The translations under genes were made by a program, and so were the position numbers. Of a stretch of DNA of 1,543 nt, positions 1-1,543 are shown one piece after another (the first letter of the stretch is position 1; each line of letters opens with the position of its first letter). The stretch lies in NCBI GenBank assembly GCA_000004985.1, contig GG739386.1; one strand, written 5' to 3'. This stretch comes from Naegleria gruberi (Eukaryota). Below the pieces are notes generated by a model. That model ran no database searches. It was not told the DNA's origin and worked only from the letters and a program-made list of their open reading frames with translations.

Positions 1-717
1 CGAACCCATGTTATCAAATGAATTAGTGTTCATACTGTATGATGCATTAGTACTATTCATACTTTGATTTGAATGATATGCAATCTTGTCTTGATCGTGG
101 TGATGAATGCTTGCCATATTGTTGTTAGAATGATTTGTCGTAGTACCGTTTCCACCAACACTGTTACCATTCACCATGCTAGAATGTTGATGATGCAATG
201 GATATGAAGAAGGAACGTGTTGGTTGTTGGATGTTTTTGTTGTGTTGTTATTAAAGTGGTTTGATTCATTTTCTTGTTGGACAAAAGTTTGGCCTCTGGA
301 AATGAAGGATGCACTTGTTGGCGGAGAGTTTCTATGATTGGATAAACGATGGTTGCTTATTGCTCCTTGTTGAGAACTATCGGTTGTGGAGCTATTTTGA
401 TAGTTAGTAGTAATAGTACTAGTGGCAACAGGACCAACATGATGGACTGGACTTGCATAGGAAGGAGACATGCTTTTATATGCATGTGTATTATTGGTAG
501 ACATGGCTTCATGGTGTGATGCTACAGATGTGGTTGAAGAATAACTTTGTTGTACATGTGGTGGATGTTGGACAAACTCTTCATGTTGTGATTTACTTGC
601 TGTGGTTGTACCAACACGAAGAGATTGATCAGCAGATGATGTCGGTGAGGATACACTCTTCTTTGACTGACCAGATATATTAGTAGAAGAGTTGGATGTA
701 TTTTCAAATGTAGACAT
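1..717 (-). CDS. 5' part of a protein-coding gene. ATG at 717..715; ORF still open at position 1, so the C-terminus is outside the window. It encodes 239 N-terminal residues of a Ser/Thr/Asn/Gln/His-rich low-complexity protein. Product unknown, possibly a fungal transcription-factor-like regulator.
   Basis: Hand translation of the minus strand in the frame of plus triplets 1-3, 4-6 ... 715-717 gives 239 codons with no stop (no tta/cta/tca triplet in that plus frame). The protein starts MSTFENTSNSSTNISGQSKKSVSSPTSSADQSLRVGTTTASKSQHEEFVQHPPHVQQSYSS... and ends at the window edge ...HSNQSMNSTNASYSMNTNSFDNMGS. The first in-frame stop upstream is TAA at plus 739-741, and the first ATG after it is at 717. 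Context is ATCATC-ATG-TCT, with A at -3 and Ser as codon 2, which is typical of yeast. The plus strand over 1-717 is strongly G/T-rich and C-poor, as expected for the antisense of an S/T/N/Q/H-rich CDS. With about 6% stop codons expected per codon in AT-rich DNA, (0.94)^239 is about 4e-7, so an open frame this long is not chance. Confidence 0.8.
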   Translation of the reverse strand, partial: MSTFENTSNSSTNISGQSKKSVSSPTSSADQSLRVGTTTASKSQHEEFVQHPPHVQQSYSSTTSVASHHEAMSTNNTHAYKSMSPSYASPVHHVGPVATSTITTNYQNSSTTDSSQQGAISNHRLSNHRNSPPTSASFISRGQTFVQQENESNHFNNNTTKTSNNQHVPSSYPLHHQHSSMVNGNSVGGNGTTTNHSNNNMASIHHHDQDKIAYHSNQSMNSTNASYSMNTNSFDNMGS

Positions 718-848
718 GATGATGATATGAATTAGTGGTTAAATAATTAAATGCATTAAAGAAGCATTCAAAGTAGGGGGTTGTGTTGGTGATTTTCTTT
801 TTCTCAGGACAAACAACAACCAATAAGAATTGGGAAAATGGATGGAGG

Positions 849-859
849 TAACCTGGTTA
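849..859. repeat. 11-bp odd palindrome TAACC-T-GGTTA.
   Basis: Plus 849-859 is taacctggtta, and its reverse complement is taaccaggtta, so it is a perfect inverted repeat of TAACC around a central base. It shares the ACCTGGT core with the tandem repeat at 994-1015. Confidence 0.6.
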
Positions 860-993
860 TTTGGATCTATTGTATTTCAAATAGTGTGATAGTAGCGAAA
901 AGATTGATGGCTGCTTCCAGTTGTGATTTTTTGTTGGTAGTGTTTCCTTTTTCTAAAGTGGTTTATCATAGTTTACTAGTGTTTTTAGTGTTT

Positions 994-1015
994 GTTACCT
1001 AGTTGTTACCTGGTT
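994..1015. repeat. Tandem 11-bp direct repeat GTTACCTAGTT / GTTACCTGGTT (one mismatch). A third partial copy (GTA) starts at 1016.
   Basis: Read directly: 994-1004 is gttacctagtt and 1005-1015 is gttacctggtt. The core ACCTGGT is itself palindromic (ACC-N-GGT) and also occurs at 851-857. Confidence 0.7.
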
Positions 1016-1084
1016 GTAGATTAGTGCAACAGATGCAGTTGTGAAGACAAGAGAGAAGGTTGTGAGTATGTCCTCGGTGATGCC

Positions 1085-1094
1085 TTATTAATAA
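1085..1094. repeat. Perfect 10-bp AT palindrome TTATTAATAA.
   Basis: Plus 1085-1094 is ttattaataa, which equals its own reverse complement. It sits about 370 bp upstream (minus orientation) of the gene 1 ATG. It may simply reflect AT-richness. Confidence 0.4.
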
Positions 1095-1146
1095 CTTAAA
1101 CCCATTTGTGCTCTGGCCTTGGTGAATCGTGGTCCTAAGAGTGGAT

Positions 1147-1203
1147 GTAGTTGGTGGTGTAGCCGGTAGCCGGTTACAGCCGGATGGTAGTGCGGGTAGT
1201 CGG
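1147..1203. repeat. GC-rich island of degenerate short tandem repeats: GTAG(N0-2)C(C)GG about 5 times, containing CCGG three times plus CGGG and CGG.
   Basis: Plus strand gtagttggtggtGTAGCCGGTAGCCGGttacAGCCGGatgGTAGtgCGGGTAGtCGG. GTAG starts at 1147, 1159, 1166, 1187 and 1196. CGG triplets start at 1164, 1171, 1181, 1193 and 1201, with spacings of 7, 10, 12 and 8 between starts. This is the only GC-dense stretch in an otherwise AT-rich spacer. Confidence 0.6.
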
Positions 1204-1252
1204 AAGCTGTTGAATACACCTTCAAAGCCAAAAATTAATAAAAGTTCTATTT

Positions 1253-1543
1253 TTAAAATTTAACTTTATGGAAATTCATGAAAAACGAGTATTGGTTGAA
1301 CATTTCTTTGCCAGCAATATTATGAATCAAACATTTACCAATTATTTGATTTAGTGCAACATAGCCTGTTGTTACATGAATGTTTGAATCAATTAATCTA
1401 TATCCAATAATTGGATGAACCGAAGAGAGACACTTTTTGATGTTGGTGAAATATACTCTTTGCTCTTTAACCTCAACAAATTGACCAACAAGTAAGGAAC
1501 CATCCTTTGCCTTAAATAAAATAAATTCTTTGTTTTGTACAAT
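1253..1543 (-). CDS. 3' part of a second protein-coding gene: the C-terminal 96 codons plus TAA stop (1255..1253). The 5' end and start codon lie beyond position 1543. Unidentified protein with mixed hydrophobic and charged composition, looking globular.
   Basis: Minus-strand frame of plus triplets 1256-1258 ... 1541-1543 has no in-frame stop for 96 codons, then TAA. Translation: IVQNKEFILFKAKDGSLLVGQFVEVKEQRVYFTNIKKCLSSVHPIIGYRLIDSNIHVTTGYVALNQIIGKCLIHNIAGKEMFNQYSFFMNFHKVKF*. The composition is not low-complexity and has alternating hydrophobic runs like beta-strands. An AT-rich 3' flank follows the stop (TAAAAATAGAACTTTTATTAATTTTTGG on the minus strand). The open frame alone is only moderately significant ((0.94)^96 is about 0.003). 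I could not assign a family. Confidence 0.55.
   Translation of the reverse strand: MVQNKEFILFKAKDGSLLVGQFVEVKEQRVYFTNIKKCLSSVHPIIGYRLIDSNIHVTTGYVALNQIIGKCLIHNIAGKEMFNQYSFFMNFHKVKF

Larger units (their letters stand above)
718..1252 (-). promoter_or_regulatory. Intergenic spacer between two same-strand genes. It should hold the 3' UTR and polyadenylation region of gene 2 (roughly 1150-1252) and the promoter and 5' UTR of gene 1 (718 to about 1150).
   Basis: No ORF in any frame. It lies between the gene 2 stop (1253) and the gene 1 ATG (717). There is AT-rich sequence right after the gene 2 stop, and a GC-rich repeat island and other short repeats further in. No canonical TATAAA is found; the nearest TATA-like string is TATTTAA about 25 nt 5' of the ATG on the minus strand. 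Confidence 0.5.

Noticed and set aside
403-409. TACTAAC (yeast intron branch-point consensus) on the minus strand, from plus gttagta.
   Set aside because: It lies inside the continuous open reading frame and encodes T-T-N. No GTATGT 5' splice site (plus ACATAC) is present upstream of it on the minus strand, and the ORF needs no intron to stay open. I judge it a chance occurrence in coding sequence.
522-707. The 61-aa ORF from the supplied track (minus strand, MKIHPTLLLIYLVSQRRVYPHRHH...).
   Set aside because: It starts with TTG (plus 705-707 is caa), not ATG. It lies wholly inside the 239-codon gene 1 ORF in a different reading frame (codon starts congruent to 0 mod 3, against 1 mod 3 for the long ORF). 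Its composition (L/H/R/V-rich) does not match the local coding signal, so it is a shadow ORF of an antisense-biased region.
775-780. AGGGGG, equal to a stress-response element (STRE, CCCCT on the minus strand), about 60 bp 5' of the gene 1 ATG.
   Set aside because: It is a single 5-mer and is expected by chance in about 500 bp. It is closer to the ATG than typical STREs, and it does not fit the Mig1 GC-box consensus either. The evidence is too weak to call.
961-968. gtttatca, equal to a GATAA (GATA-factor, nitrogen regulation) site on the minus strand.
   Set aside because: It is a single isolated GATAA, whereas functional GATA elements usually occur in pairs. It is not distinguishable from background.
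1099-1111. aaacccatttgtg as a possible Rap1 site (ACACCCRYACAYM).
   Set aside because: It matches only the CCCAT core, about 6 of 13 positions, so it is not a credible hit.
1121-1204. Considered whether the GC-rich block is a tRNA gene or tRNA-derived element (GGTAG and TAGC strings resemble D-arm sequence).
   Set aside because: No T-loop (GGTTCGAATCC-like) and no coherent acceptor or anticodon stems on either strand. The periodic GTAG/CGG repeats fit a short tandem repeat better than a structured RNA.
1-1543. Prokaryotic defence or accessory system (CRISPR repeats, toxin-antitoxin pair, IS or transposon ends, integron attC, phage genes) as suggested by the task framing.
   Set aside because: There is no direct-repeat and spacer array, no inverted terminal repeats, no small paired ORFs and no RBS motifs. 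Gene structure and codon usage are eukaryotic and yeast-like, so the window is an ordinary fungal two-gene locus.

Overview
This window looks eukaryotic, most like a budding yeast (Saccharomycotina), not a prokaryotic accessory region. It holds two protein-coding genes on the minus strand, head to tail, separated by about 535 bp of intergenic DNA. The ORF track reports neither gene, because both run off the window edges. Gene 1 (minus strand, ATG at 717, open through position 1) encodes at least 239 N-terminal residues of a Ser/Thr/Asn/Gln/His-rich low-complexity region. It has an A at -3 and 'ATG TCT' start, Gln encoded only by CAA, and no signal peptide. It is probably the disordered N-terminus of a fungal regulatory protein. 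Its conserved domain, if any, lies beyond the window. Gene 2 (minus strand, open from 1543 down to a TAA stop at 1255..1253) supplies the C-terminal 96 residues of an unidentified protein with globular-looking composition. The intergenic spacer carries a compact GC-rich island of GTAG/CGG-type short repeats (1147-1203). It also carries a tandem 11-bp repeat and a recurring ACC-N-GGT palindromic core (849-859, 994-1015), which are candidate transcription-factor sites. I see no CRISPR array, mobile element, tRNA/rRNA gene, toxin-antitoxin pair or recognisable defence system. The single track ORF (522..707, minus) is an out-of-frame shadow inside gene 1 with a TTG start, so I reject it.
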